From Alphaproteobacteria bacterium (GTDB taxonomy: Bacteria; Pseudomonadota; Alphaproteobacteria; SP197), in contig OZ219920.1 in the NCBI GenBank assembly GCA_964291415.2, forward strand, positions 1,280,001 to 1,344,000: a DNA stretch of 64,000 nt, read 5' to 3'. A model generated the notes under the pieces. That model was not told the origin of the DNA, did not search any database, and saw only the letters and a list, made by a program, of their open reading frames with translations. Position 1 is the first letter of the stretch. Each line of letters begins with the position of its first letter. Both the position numbers and the translations under genes were made by a program. Shown here one piece after another: positions 9,665-20,315 of this stretch.

Positions 9665-11218
9665 TTGTCCGACGACGACGGCGCTGGAGAAACCAGCCCC
9701 GCGGCAGTCCGGCTGCGCGGGATCACGAAGCGTTTCGGCGCCGTGCTCGCCAATGACGATGTGGACCTGGACATACCGGCCGGCACCGTCCACGGCATTG
9801 TCGGCGAGAACGGAGCGGGGAAGTCCACGCTCGCATCAATCGTCTACGGACTCCATACGCCCGATCGTGGCAGGGTGGAAATCGACGGGCGCCCCGCCCT
9901 GCTGCGCAGCCCGGGGGACGCCATCGCGCTTGGCGTCGGAATGGTCCACCAGCACTTCATGCTGATCCCGACCTTCACCGTGCTGGAAAACGTCGTGCTC
10001 GGCATCGAGGGCAGCTTCCGGCTCCGTAGAGGAGAGGCCGACAACCGCGCGAGGCTGGAAGACCTGAGCCTTGCGCATGGGCTGGAGATTGATCCGGACG
10101 CCCTCGTCGACGACCTGCCGGTCGGCCTGCGCCAACGGGTCGAAGTCCTCAAGGCGCTATTCCGGGGCACCCGTATCTTGATCCTCGACGAGCCGACCGG
10201 TGTGCTGACCCCGGAGGAAACCGATCGGCTCTTTGCCAACCTGCGCGCAATCTGTGATGCCGGGGGCACCGTTGTTCTGATCACCCACAAACTCCGGGAA
10301 GTGATGGCGGTCTGCGACTCGGTTTCGATCATGCGTCACGGACGCCTCGTCGGCAGCCGCAAGACGAGTGAAACGACGCCAGGCGAACTCGCCGAACTCA
10401 TGGTCGGGCGGAAGATCGGCCGGACTGAGCGGATGCCGGAGAGCAACGTGCGAAGTCCGGTCCTGCGGGTGACGGGGCTTACCTGGAAGAGTCCAAGCGG
10501 CGCACCCGGCCTGCAGGACGTCTCGCTGGAGTTGCGGTCTGGTGAAATCCTTGGCGTGGCAGGTGTCTCCGGCAACGGCCAGTCGGAGTTGCTCGATGTG
10601 CTGTCCGGTCTGTCTGTCGTTCAGGAGGGACATATCGAGTTCGCCGGACGACGCATTGACAGGGCCAGTCCGGCGACACCCGCCGGAATGCGTGCGCTCG
10701 GCCTCACCCATGTGCCGGAAGACCGCCATCGGCGGGGGTTGGTCCTGCCGTTCGAAGCCAGGGAGAATGCGGTATTGGGTCGTCCGGAGCGCGCAGGTCC
10801 CGGCCTCTGGACGAGTGGCACGGCGATGCAGGCACAAGCCGAACGACTGATTGAGCGCTTCGACATCCGCCCACCGGAGCCGAGGTTGCCGGCCATGGCC
10901 TTCTCGGGCGGCAACCAGCAGAAGATCGTGCTCGCGAGGGAGTTCGAGTCCGAGCCTGTCGTGCTCCTGCTTGGCCAGCCTACGCGCGGTGTCGATATCG
11001 GCACCGTTGAGATCGTCCATGCCTGGGTCATGGCGTTGAAGGAGCGGGGCACGGGCATCCTGCTCGTCTCGACGGAACTCGACGAAATCCTGGCGCTCGC
11101 CGACCGCATCATGGTGATGAGCGGCGGGCGGGTGGTCGGCACGATATCGGCGGCAGACGCAACGGTTCGTCAGCTTGGGCTGATGATGACCGGTGCGGGC
11201 GAAGGAGCCGGCGCGTGA
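9665..11218 (+). CDS. nucleoside/sugar ABC transporter ATP-binding protein (two ABC domains)
   Basis: GENGAGKST, ILDEPT, SGGNQQK and GQPTRGVD motifs. Confidence 0.92.
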   Translation: MSDDDGAGETSPAAVRLRGITKRFGAVLANDDVDLDIPAGTVHGIVGENGAGKSTLASIVYGLHTPDRGRVEIDGRPALLRSPGDAIALGVGMVHQHFMLIPTFTVLENVVLGIEGSFRLRRGEADNRARLEDLSLAHGLEIDPDALVDDLPVGLRQRVEVLKALFRGTRILILDEPTGVLTPEETDRLFANLRAICDAGGTVVLITHKLREVMAVCDSVSIMRHGRLVGSRKTSETTPGELAELMVGRKIGRTERMPESNVRSPVLRVTGLTWKSPSGAPGLQDVSLELRSGEILGVAGVSGNGQSELLDVLSGLSVVQEGHIEFAGRRIDRASPATPAGMRALGLTHVPEDRHRRGLVLPFEARENAVLGRPERAGPGLWTSGTAMQAQAERLIERFDIRPPEPRLPAMAFSGGNQQKIVLAREFESEPVVLLLGQPTRGVDIGTVEIVHAWVMALKERGTGILLVSTELDEILALADRIMVMSGGRVVGTISAADATVRQLGLMMTGAGEGAGA

Positions 11219-12309
11219 CGAACCTGCCACGCTGGTTCGATATCGGCGTCTTGCCTCTCGTCAATCTCGCGCTCGCACTTGTGTCGACAGGTGTCGTGGT
11301 GGCGTTGGTGGGCGAAGACCCGCTGGAAGTGCTTGCCGTGCTGTTGCAGGGAGCCTTTGCGCCGAGTTCGCTGGGCTACACGCTCTACTATGCAACCAAC
11401 TTTGTCTTCACGGGTCTCGCCGCTGCCATTGCCTTCCAGGCTCGGCTGTTCAACATCGGGGCGGAGGGCCAGGCTCTCCTGGGCGGTCTCGGCGTCGCAC
11501 TCGCCTGTCTCTCACTCGAGACCGCATTGCCGGGCTGGCTCGTCGCGATGGTTGCAATTGCGGGCGCCGGGTCGTTCGGTGCGGCATGGGCTGCGGTGCC
11601 GGGATGGTTGCAGGCCTATCGCGGCAGCCATGTCGTCATCACCACGATCATGTTCAACTTTCTCGCATCAGGGCTGATGGTGTGGCTTCTTTCAGGGCCG
11701 ATCATGCGGGCTGGCCAGGGCTCGCCGCAGACTCGCCTGTTCGGTGAGGCCGTACGGCTGCCGGCCCTCCACGACATCGCCCACGCCCTTGGTTTCGAGG
11801 TCGTGCGCTCGCCGCTCAACCTGTCGTTCCTGTTCGCTCTCCTGGCGAGCGCAGCGGTTTGGGTGCTGATCTGGCGCACCAAGTTCGGCTATGCGCTCCG
11901 GGCCATTGGCCAAGGTGAGGAAGCGGCTCGCTACGCCGGTGTTCCCGTCCGCCGCATGGTGGTCGCCGTCATGGCCATTTCCGGCGCGCTTGCCGGTTGC
12001 ATGGCACTCAACGAAGTGCTCGGCGCTCAGCACAAGCTGGTGCTCAACTTCTCCGCCGGTTACGGATTCACCGGCATTGCGGTGGCGCTCATGGGCCGCA
12101 ATCATCCCCTTGGAATCCTCGCGGCGAGCCTCCTGTTCGGCGCACTCTTCCAGGGCGGCGCGGAACTCAACTTCGAGTTCGAGACCATCACTCACGAGCT
12201 GACCCTGGTCATGCAGGGGCTCGTGATCCTGTTCTCGGGCGCCCTCGCCTACATGTTCACACCCTGGCTGGCACGCCTGCTTCTCACCCGGAGGCCCGTT
12301 CATGGTTGA
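11215..12309 (+). CDS. ABC transporter permease
   Basis: Hydrophobic; LFNIGAEGQ, HVVITTIMFNF and GFTGIAVALMGRNHP motifs. Overlaps the upstream stop. Confidence 0.92.
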   Translation: MTNLPRWFDIGVLPLVNLALALVSTGVVVALVGEDPLEVLAVLLQGAFAPSSLGYTLYYATNFVFTGLAAAIAFQARLFNIGAEGQALLGGLGVALACLSLETALPGWLVAMVAIAGAGSFGAAWAAVPGWLQAYRGSHVVITTIMFNFLASGLMVWLLSGPIMRAGQGSPQTRLFGEAVRLPALHDIAHALGFEVVRSPLNLSFLFALLASAAVWVLIWRTKFGYALRAIGQGEEAARYAGVPVRRMVVAVMAISGALAGCMALNEVLGAQHKLVLNFSAGYGFTGIAVALMGRNHPLGILAASLLFGALFQGGAELNFEFETITHELTLVMQGLVILFSGALAYMFTPWLARLLLTRRPVHG

Positions 12310-13285
12310 GGTCTGGATTGATATCCTGGCGATCCTCGACGGAACGGCTCGACTTGCCACGCCGCTCATGTTCTGCGCGATGGCGGGTCTCGTTTCCGAA
12401 CGGTCCGGAATCGTCGACATCGGCCTTGAGGGCAAGCTTCTGGCCGGCGCTTTCGCTGCCGCCGCCGTGGCTACGCTCTCCGGCTCCCCCTGGGCCGGCC
12501 TCGCGGCCGCGCTTGCATCCTCCACCGCCCTGGCGTTGGTTCACGGCTTCGCCTGCATCACCCATCGCGGCGAACAGATCATCTCCGGCGTCGCGATCAA
12601 CATTCTCGCCCTGGGCATGACGGTGGTGGTGGCGAATGCACTCTTTCACCATGGCGGCCACACGCCCGCGCTCGGCGCGGGAGAGCGTTTCGCGCCTGTC
12701 ACGCTCCCGCTTGTCGAGACTCTGCGCGCCGTCCCCCTTGTGGGTTCGCTCTATGCGGAGCTGATTTCCGGCCACAACCTGCTGGTCTATGCGGCCTTCA
12801 TGTCGGTCCCGCTGGTCTGGTGGCTCCTCTGGCGCACGCGTTTCGGACTTCGGCTTCGCGCTGCAGGCGAACTGCCCGAGGCCGTGGACAGCGTCGGCGT
12901 GTCGGTACCGGCACTGCGCTATCGCGGCATCCTCATAGCCGGCCTGCTTTGCGGCCTCGCGGGCGCATACCTCTCGACCGCCCACGGCGCGGGCTTCGTG
13001 AGGGACATGAGTGCGGGCAAGGGTTTCCTTGCGCTCGCGGCGCTGATCTTCGGGCGCTGGAAGCCCCTTCCCGTCCTGCTTGCCTGCCTGCTGTTCGGCC
13101 TTCTGGATACGGTCGCGCCCAGATTTCAGGGAGTGGATCTGCCGCTCATCGGCCCTGTGCCCGTGGCGCTCGTCTCGATCCTGCCATACGTGATGACTGT
13201 CGTGCTGCTCGCAGGCTTCTTCGGCCGCTCCATTCCGCCCCGCGCCCTCGGCCGCCCCTTCTTCAAGGAGCATCAGGGCCCATAG
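12302..13285 (+). CDS. ABC transporter permease
   Basis: SERSGIVDIGLEG, TRFGLRLRAAGE and GFLALAALIFGRW motifs. Confidence 0.92.
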   Translation: MVEVWIDILAILDGTARLATPLMFCAMAGLVSERSGIVDIGLEGKLLAGAFAAAAVATLSGSPWAGLAAALASSTALALVHGFACITHRGEQIISGVAINILALGMTVVVANALFHHGGHTPALGAGERFAPVTLPLVETLRAVPLVGSLYAELISGHNLLVYAAFMSVPLVWWLLWRTRFGLRLRAAGELPEAVDSVGVSVPALRYRGILIAGLLCGLAGAYLSTAHGAGFVRDMSAGKGFLALAALIFGRWKPLPVLLACLLFGLLDTVAPRFQGVDLPLIGPVPVALVSILPYVMTVVLLAGFFGRSIPPRALGRPFFKEHQGP

Positions 13286-13636
13286 CGGCGCCCGGTGGAA
13301 GAAACTCAATCAAGGAACGCGTGGTCGGCTCGCCTCCTCCCCCGCTTGCGCGAGAGCGGACACGTGACTGCAGCGTCACGCAGCGAATCGCGGTCCATAT
13401 CGGCGGCTCGCCTTGCGGCGTGGCAGTCGGCAAACCGCAGCGTCGAACACTGTGTCCAGAATGATCTGCAGTCTGCGCATGGCTTCCGTCGTGGTGTGAT
13501 GGTATGGCCAAAGGTGGGAAAATTGGTGCACGACCGCGAAACACGAGGTTCACGGACCAGGAGTTGCAGAAGTGGCGCGCGTTGCCAACATCCTGATTTC
13601 CTTCCCGTATCGAGAGGCCTTGTGGAGAACAGGAAA

Positions 13637-14008
13637 ATGACCTGCGACGACGTTCTGATCGACCGGATGCGCCGGGTTCTCTCCGGGCGGGAGGGGTGCT
13701 CCGAGCGCAGGATGTTCGGCGCCACCTGCTTCATGATCCACGACAACCTGTGCGCCGCGGCCTGGAAGGGTTCGCTGATCGTGCGGCTCGACAAGAAGCA
13801 TCACGATGCAACGTTGGCCGAACCGTACACCCGTCCCGCCGACATGAACGGTCGCACGATGAAGGGCTGGGCGCTGGTCGAACCGGCGGGCATCGCATCC
13901 GACGAACAGCTTTCAGTCTGGCTCGAGCGGGCTGCGAGGTTCGCCGATTCCCTTCCAGCCAGGGAGCGCGGCCCAAAGCGCTCCCGGGCGGCACTCGGGC
14001 AGGCATGA
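13637..14008 (+). CDS. TfoX/Sxy N-terminal domain protein
   Basis: ERRMFG, LIVRL, GRTMKGWALV and W..RA..FA.SLP motifs. GGAG upstream. Confidence 0.8.
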   Translation: MTCDDVLIDRMRRVLSGREGCSERRMFGATCFMIHDNLCAAAWKGSLIVRLDKKHHDATLAEPYTRPADMNGRTMKGWALVEPAGIASDEQLSVWLERAARFADSLPARERGPKRSRAALGQA

Positions 14009-14377
14009 ATGGATCGCAATGAACTGTCGTCCCAACCGACTGCCGGACGGCCCATGACCGATGAATTCACGGCGACCGGCAGCAGAACTTCATTTCCCGA
14101 ATCGCGCACGCAGAAGGCAGGCCCGCGACGTATCGGCATTCGGCCGCATAGTGCCGGGGGGACAAGCCACCGGGCGGTCCGGCCCGACGATACCATCTTG
14201 AGTCACCCGCCAGGCACGACACCCGCGAACGCCAATACGACACCGCCATGTTTCCCGATTGTCTTCCTGTCCCCGGTCGCGCGACCGGAGATGCAAGGGA
14301 AGGAGCACAATCGGGAGAGACGAGTTCCGGGACAGATGTACGGCGTCACGTTCATGCGCTCGGTCGGATGCCGGCAC

Positions 14378-15352
14378 CTAGATCGGCACCGTGAGGCCAT
14401 TCCATTCCTGGAACTGGTACACGATGTAAATGCAGTACAAAGCCAACAACAGCAGCGCCTCCCCGCGCCCCAGACGCCAGCCGGTCAACAGCAGCGGGAG
14501 CAGAAGAAGCGTCATTGCGCCGAGCACCCAGAGGTCGAAGTCAACGATTTTGTCGGAAAAAGGCACGGGCACCGCGAGTGCGGTGACACCGAGGATACCG
14601 AAGAGGTTGAAGATGTTGCTGCCGATGACATTGCCGATACAGATGTCAGCGTGCCTGCGATAGGCGGCGACAATCGCGGTGGCGACTTCCGGCAGCGACG
14701 TGCCGACAGCGACAAGGGTGAGCCCAATCACCTCGTCCGGCACCCCGGCATTGCGTGCCAGTGCGGTCGCTCCGTCGACCAGTTGGTCCGCTCCGACTGC
14801 GACTGACAGCAACCCCCCAACAACCAACAGGATCATCAGCCAGAGACGCGTGGGCAGTCCGGTCATCGACTCCGCTTCCTCGCGGTGAAGCTGTGACGCT
14901 CCGCTGCTGACCCTGGCGTCCTGCCACAGTGACAGCGCGACATAGCCCACCAGCGCCGCCAGCATCAGCGCGCCTTCGTAACGATCCGCCAAGCCACCAA
15001 GGGCAATCATGACGAAGACTGCGGTGAATGCCGCCATGACCAGGCCGTCACGGCGAACGGCACCCGGATTGACCGCCAGGGGAGCGACCAGCGCCGCCAC
15101 CCCGAGGATCAGCATCATGTTCGCCAGGTTGCTGCCGATCACGTTGCCAACCGCGATGCCGGGCGCGCCGGTCACTGCAGCGTTGAGGCTGACCAGCAGT
15201 TCAGGAAGGGACGTGCCAAAGCCGACGATGGTGAGGCCGATCACCAGCGGCGAGACCGCGAAGCGCCGGGCGAGCGCGACAGCGCCCCGGACCACCATCT
15301 CGCCGCCAGCAATGAGGAGCAGGAAACCGGCGACGAGGGAGAGAAGTGTCAT
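14378..15352 (-). CDS. calcium/sodium antiporter (YrbG / CaCA family)
   Basis: Two alpha repeats, GTSLPE...GNVIGSN. Confidence 0.93.
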   Translation of the reverse strand: MTLLSLVAGFLLLIAGGEMVVRGAVALARRFAVSPLVIGLTIVGFGTSLPELLVSLNAAVTGAPGIAVGNVIGSNLANMMLILGVAALVAPLAVNPGAVRRDGLVMAAFTAVFVMIALGGLADRYEGALMLAALVGYVALSLWQDARVSSGASQLHREEAESMTGLPTRLWLMILLVVGGLLSVAVGADQLVDGATALARNAGVPDEVIGLTLVAVGTSLPEVATAIVAAYRRHADICIGNVIGSNIFNLFGILGVTALAVPVPFSDKIVDFDLWVLGAMTLLLLPLLLTGWRLGRGEALLLLALYCIYIVYQFQEWNGLTVPI

Positions 15353-16484
15353 GGGTCGGACATCGCCAGGCAGAGATCGGAAAAGCAGTCCAGCACGACT
15401 CGGGCGCGGCGATGCCGCTCGTTCGGGCCGTGCCGGCAACGACTGATATAGGTCACAGGAGCAAAGGGTTCCAGAACGCCTCCGGTCCCTGCCCGCGCGC
15501 GTTCCGCGTCTCGACTTGCAGGGCCTCGAGCCGAAAGAAATGTCTCTCAAGACTGCCGCCAAGCCACCCTCTTGCTCCATCGAAGAGGCCATGGCACGGG
15601 AGCGTTTCCTGGCGGTCTGCGACATGAGCCCTGACTCCGCGGTCATGCGAACGAAGGCGCCGCAGACGGGGGTGTTGCCGCCGCGAACGGAACCGCCGAC
15701 ACACGAGAGTGGACGGAGGTGGCGAAGCCGGTGACAACGAGAACGGAGTGAACTGGCGGTAGCCCACTTGCTGCAGCAGGCACCTTGAAACAACTCCGGA
15801 TCCGCTCTGCCACGATCGGAGACGGAGTATGGGCGAAGCGCGTGTCGTGACGTGGATCATGGCCGACCGACCGCGCCGGGATTGCATTTCGAGCTGCGGT
15901 CGTCCGCGATTGGACACCCTCATCTCACGCTGCCGGGCTGTTTTTTGGACAAGCAGATCGGCGGAACCTGGCGGCAGTTCGCTGGGCATCGCGGAAAGGC
16001 CGGGAGGAGCGACCTGGTCACAGATCCATGGGACTGCGCCGATATGCGAAATCGGCTTCATGATGAGCCTGGCCTTCGAGAATCCTGCCGACAACCAGAG
16101 TTCCGCAGCCCCGATACGTCTGGCGAGCTTGCCTGGTCGATCCTTTTCGGCGTGTTTGGTTGCCTGCTTGTCCGGTTCGGCACCTTCCGCCGGCCTGAAG
16201 AGTCGTCTCGCGAACGTCAACCTCGCCAGGCCTGAAACCGATGCGGCGCTACAACGCCCACTATGGAGACACTCTGCACTCTTTCCGAAGATACCCCACT
16301 CAACTTCGCAGGCAGCAGTATGACGATCCGTACCGGAACGAACCTGAAGACTGACGAGACGATCAACAGTGCGGCGCTCCGATCACGTGCAGTCGGGAAG
16401 GCGCCAGGTGCGAGATGCGCACGGTTGAGCAGTGGCAGTGCGTGTGCACGATGCATCCTCGAGGAGAAGGGATTCCGGGGCCGG

Positions 16485-17177
16485 TCAGCGGCTGTTGGCG
16501 GCCACCATCTCGGGCGTCACCACACCACCGGAAATCACCAGCTTGATGCCCTGTTCGACGGTCATGTCGAGGAAGACCACGTCTTTCTTGGGCAGAAACA
16601 GGAGGTAACCGGACGTCGGATTGGGCGTTGTCGGCAGGAAGACATTGACCACGTCGTCGCCGATGGCGTCCCCCACTTCGCCTTTCGCCGATCCGGTGGC
16701 AAACCCGACCGCCCAGCATCCCGGTCGCGGCCACGAGATCAACACGACATCGCGAAACGCTCTGGAATCGTGTGAAAAGACGGTTTCGAAGATCTGCTTG
16801 AACACCGAATAGACCGAACGGACCACCGGCATGCGTTCGAGCAGCCGCTCTCCCATGCTGACCACGGTGCGGCCGATCAGTCCGGTCGCCATCCAGCCGA
16901 TGAGGGTAATGGCCACCACGAAGATGAGCACCCCGATGCCAGGCACGGCAAAGGGCAGGTAGTTTTCCGGATTCCAGGTCTCGCCGAGCAGCGGCAGCAC
17001 GTTCTCGTCGATGAATCCGACGATGAACGTGACGAGGTAGACCGTCAGGGCCAAGGGCGCCACGACGATGATGCCGGTAATGAAGTAGGCCCGCAGGCGC
17101 GTCCATATCCTGCGTCTGGGCTGCTCCGGTGGATGTGGTTGCGCGTTGGTCATGTTCCGCATCTCCTCACCGGTCAC
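16485..17177 (-). CDS. DUF502 domain membrane protein
   Basis: YFITGI, P.VRSVYSVFKQI, VFLPTTPNPTSGYL and M.VE...K..ISGG motifs. Confidence 0.9.
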   Translation of the reverse strand: MTGEEMRNMTNAQPHPPEQPRRRIWTRLRAYFITGIIVVAPLALTVYLVTFIVGFIDENVLPLLGETWNPENYLPFAVPGIGVLIFVVAITLIGWMATGLIGRTVVSMGERLLERMPVVRSVYSVFKQIFETVFSHDSRAFRDVVLISWPRPGCWAVGFATGSAKGEVGDAIGDDVVNVFLPTTPNPTSGYLLFLPKKDVVFLDMTVEQGIKLVISGGVVTPEMVAANSR

Positions 17178-17854
17178 GATTCAATCCATGCGGGCCGGAC
17201 CAGACGGTTCCCTGGAATGCGCCGCATCCCCTTGCCCCCGACAAGCCAGACGTCGAAACCCGCCGGGAACAGTCCGGAAAAAGCCCTTTCGTGAACATCA
17301 AGTCCGCCCGCATAGGCGCCAAAGGCCGGCAAAATGACCCGCCTCCCGTCGCTAGCAAAGCAGCGGCGTCGAATTCTCGTCCCCTTCGGGGCAATGACGG
17401 CCGAAGGATGGAGGTGACCCGAGACCTCACCTGTCACCATAGTGCAAGACGGTTCGTGGCGGAATGTCAGCCTGCCCTTCGTGAAGGTCTCCATGGCGTG
17501 CCCGGAGAGCGTGACAGGCGGCGCCGGGTCATGATTGCCGGCAATCCAGATCCAGTCGCGCCCGCGAGCCAGATCCTCCAGTGCCGTACGCGAGGCCTCC
17601 TCCATTCCGCAAACTGCCTCGCGGTCGTGAAAGCTGTCACCGAGACAGACGACGCATTCGGGCTCTAGACGGGTGACGGCCTCAGCCAGATGCCGGATGG
17701 TGGCCCTCGTGTCATGGGGAGGCAGCAGCGATCCGTAACGGGCAAAGGCCTCTCCCTTCCCGAGATGGAGGTCGGCGACTGCCAGCAGGCGCATTTCGGC
17801 CCAGTAGAGGACTCCGGTAGGGTCCGGCTGCAGCGCCACGCCATTGACGATCAC
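17174..17854 (-). CDS. pdeM: ligase-associated DNA damage response endonuclease PdeM (metallophosphoesterase)
   Basis: ADLHLGK, LPPHDT, LGDSFHD, GNHD, SGHLHP and LPAFGAYAGGL. Translationally coupled to the Lhr gene. Confidence 0.9.
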   Translation of the reverse strand: MIVNGVALQPDPTGVLYWAEMRLLAVADLHLGKGEAFARYGSLLPPHDTRATIRHLAEAVTRLEPECVVCLGDSFHDREAVCGMEEASRTALEDLARGRDWIWIAGNHDPAPPVTLSGHAMETFTKGRLTFRHEPSCTMVTGEVSGHLHPSAVIAPKGTRIRRRCFASDGRRVILPAFGAYAGGLDVHERAFSGLFPAGFDVWLVGGKGMRRIPGNRLVRPAWIES

Positions 17855-20289
17855 GGATCACCGCCAAATGCTTCGATGAGATCATCGAGGGCCGAGGAAG
17901 CCACCATCTGACGTCCGACCTCGAACATCACCGGAAGGGCCAGGGGCGAGACCGTGTCAAGGTCACGCTGGATAATGCGTCCCCTCACCCTTACCAGCAT
18001 GTTCTCGAGGCGCCGGGTTTCCAGAAGTGTGTCCATGGCTTCCTTTCGCGCAGCTTCGAGAAGGACATGGTCGGGCTCGTGGCGACGCAGCACATCATAG
18101 ATGAGGTCGGTAGAGAACGTGACCTGGCGCCCGGTCTTGCGATAGCCGGGATGCTGGCGCTCGATGAGTCCGGCCACCGTCGCTACCTTGCGGAAGGACC
18201 GTTTCAAGAGGCTGGATCCGGCGAGCCAATCGTCGAGATCCTCCAGCAGGAGCGACTCATCGATGAGAGCCGCGGTATCCCTGACGTGCCGGAGACTCCA
18301 GATGGCAAGGGCATAGTCATTGGCGACAAACCCCAGCGGCCCGGCTCCCATGTGCTCCATGCGCCTTGTCATCAGCATGCCCAGAGTCTGGTGTGCAGGC
18401 CTCCCCTCGAAGGGGTAGGCGACGAGAAACTCCTTGCCGGCGCGAGGAAAGGTCTCGACCAGGAGATCATCGACGCCAGGCAGGACCGAGAACTCCGCCT
18501 GGAGATCGAGCCATTCCCTCACGTCTTCAGGCAGGACGGCGCGCCGATCCGGTTCTGCCACGATCTTTCTCAAGAACCCCGCAACGTTGGTGGTGGGAGG
18601 AAAGGAGCCGCCACCATAAATCGGCACACGCGGCTCTCCGCCTCGCGCCCTCGTGACAATCGCATCGGTCTGCCTGATGCCGACGAGCGCCCACACCTCA
18701 CCGGCAAAGGCAAAGGTTTCGCCGGGAGAAAGGCCAAGCATGAAGTGTTCCTCGACCTCGCCGATGACCTTGCCGTTCTTCATCCGCACCTTCAGCTTGG
18801 CATCCTCGACAATGGTGCCCGCGTTCATGCGTAAACGCCGAGCCGTCGCTTCGTCGACAATGCGCAACGTCCCATCGTCACCTGCCGTGAGGCGCCGGAA
18901 GCGCTCGTAGGCCACGAGCGCATATCCACCCGTGGCAGCATAGTCGACAATCCGGTCGAACAGACTGCGTTCGAGGTTCGCATAGGGAGCAGCCTTGACC
19001 ACGTCGCGGTAGAGAGTGTCCGGATCAAAGGGCCCGCTGGCAGCGGTTGCGAGGACGTGCTGGGCAAGAACATCAATGCCGCCGCGCTCCCGCGGAGCTC
19101 CGTCAAGGACGCCCTCTCCTATGGCATCGAGAACCGCCTGGCACTCCAGGAGTTCGAAGCGGTTAGCCGGCACCAGCAAGGCTCGCGAGGGTTCGTCCAT
19201 GCGGTGACGAGCCCGGCCAATGCGCTGCAGCATGCGGGCCACGCCCTTCGGGGCACCGATCTGGACGACCAGATCGACCGCTCCCCAGTCGACACCGAGA
19301 TCGAGAGTCGAGGTCGCCACCACGGCCCGCAAGGATCCGTCGGCCATCGCCGACTCGACTTTCAGTCTCTGCTCCCGGGCAAGGGAGCCGTGATGAAGGG
19401 CGATGCCGAGGTTGTCGTCATTGATCTCCCAGAGATCCTGAAACACCCGCTCGGCCTGACTGCGCGTGTTCACGAAGACGAGAGCGGTGCTGACGTCGCG
19501 AATCGCGCGATAGATGTCGGGTACCGCGTGCCGTGCAGTATGGCCGGCAAGTGGAATACGGTTGGCGGTCTTCATGATGGCGATGTCGGGAGAAGCCCCG
19601 CCATCGGCCCTGATGATCATGACGCCGGCGCCATCATCGAGATAGCCCCCGAGCTTCACCGGTTCGGCCACGGTGGCGGAGAGACCGATACGGCGTTGGT
19701 CCGGAGCCATTGCCGAGAGACGCGTCAGGGCGAGCGCCAGCTGATCGCCCCGCTTTGTTCCTGCCAGTTCGTGGATTTCATCAATGATGACAACCCGGAG
19801 GTCGCCGAAAATGCTGCCCGCTTCCGGCCAGGAGGCCAGAAGGGCGACGGACTCCGGCGTGGTGAGCAGGATGTCGGGCGGATCGCTGCGCTGCCGGCGC
19901 CGGCGAGCCTGAGGTGTATCGCCGGTACGGGTCTCGATCCTCGCGGCAATGCCGGTCTCCTCAACGAAGGCGCCGAGATTGCGCGCCATGTCGACACAGA
20001 GAGCCTTCAGCGGCGCCACGTAGAGGGTATGCAATCCGTTGTTGCCGGAGGCGGCAAGATCGGCCAGGGAAAAGAGAAACCCTGCCATGGTCTTGCCACC
20101 GCCGGTAGGCGCGATGACGAGACAGGAGCGGCCCTGTGTCATCGCGGCAAGGGTGTCAAGCTGATGCCGGCGGGGTTGCCAGCCACGCTCCATGAACCAG
20201 CGGTCGACAGCTTCCGGCAAGGTTGGCGAAGGCCGTCCGTATGGTTCCGGCCCGGGTGACATCACCTGAAGATCATTGGGCAGAACCAT
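17851..20289 (-). CDS. lhr: Lhr-Core ligase-associated DEXH box helicase
   Basis: APTGGGKT, LLTTPES, DEIH, TKRG, HHGSL, LDLGVDWG and QRIGRARH. Start estimated. Confidence 0.92.
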   Translation of the reverse strand: MVLPNDLQVMSPGPEPYGRPSPTLPEAVDRWFMERGWQPRRHQLDTLAAMTQGRSCLVIAPTGGGKTMAGFLFSLADLAASGNNGLHTLYVAPLKALCVDMARNLGAFVEETGIAARIETRTGDTPQARRRRQRSDPPDILLTTPESVALLASWPEAGSIFGDLRVVIIDEIHELAGTKRGDQLALALTRLSAMAPDQRRIGLSATVAEPVKLGGYLDDGAGVMIIRADGGASPDIAIMKTANRIPLAGHTARHAVPDIYRAIRDVSTALVFVNTRSQAERVFQDLWEINDDNLGIALHHGSLAREQRLKVESAMADGSLRAVVATSTLDLGVDWGAVDLVVQIGAPKGVARMLQRIGRARHRMDEPSRALLVPANRFELLECQAVLDAIGEGVLDGAPRERGGIDVLAQHVLATAASGPFDPDTLYRDVVKAAPYANLERSLFDRIVDYAATGGYALVAYERFRRLTAGDDGTLRIVDEATARRLRMNAGTIVEDAKLKVRMKNGKVIGEVEEHFMLGLSPGETFAFAGEVWALVGIRQTDAIVTRARGGEPRVPIYGGGSFPPTTNVAGFLRKIVAEPDRRAVLPEDVREWLDLQAEFSVLPGVDDLLVETFPRAGKEFLVAYPFEGRPAHQTLGMLMTRRMEHMGAGPLGFVANDYALAIWSLRHVRDTAALIDESLLLEDLDDWLAGSSLLKRSFRKVATVAGLIERQHPGYRKTGRQVTFSTDLIYDVLRRHEPDHVLLEAARKEAMDTLLETRRLENMLVRVRGRIIQRDLDTVSPLALPVMFEVGRQMVASSALDDLIEAFGGDP

Positions 20290-20315
20290 CGTCAGGCGAA
20301 GACCGGGGGCGGACC

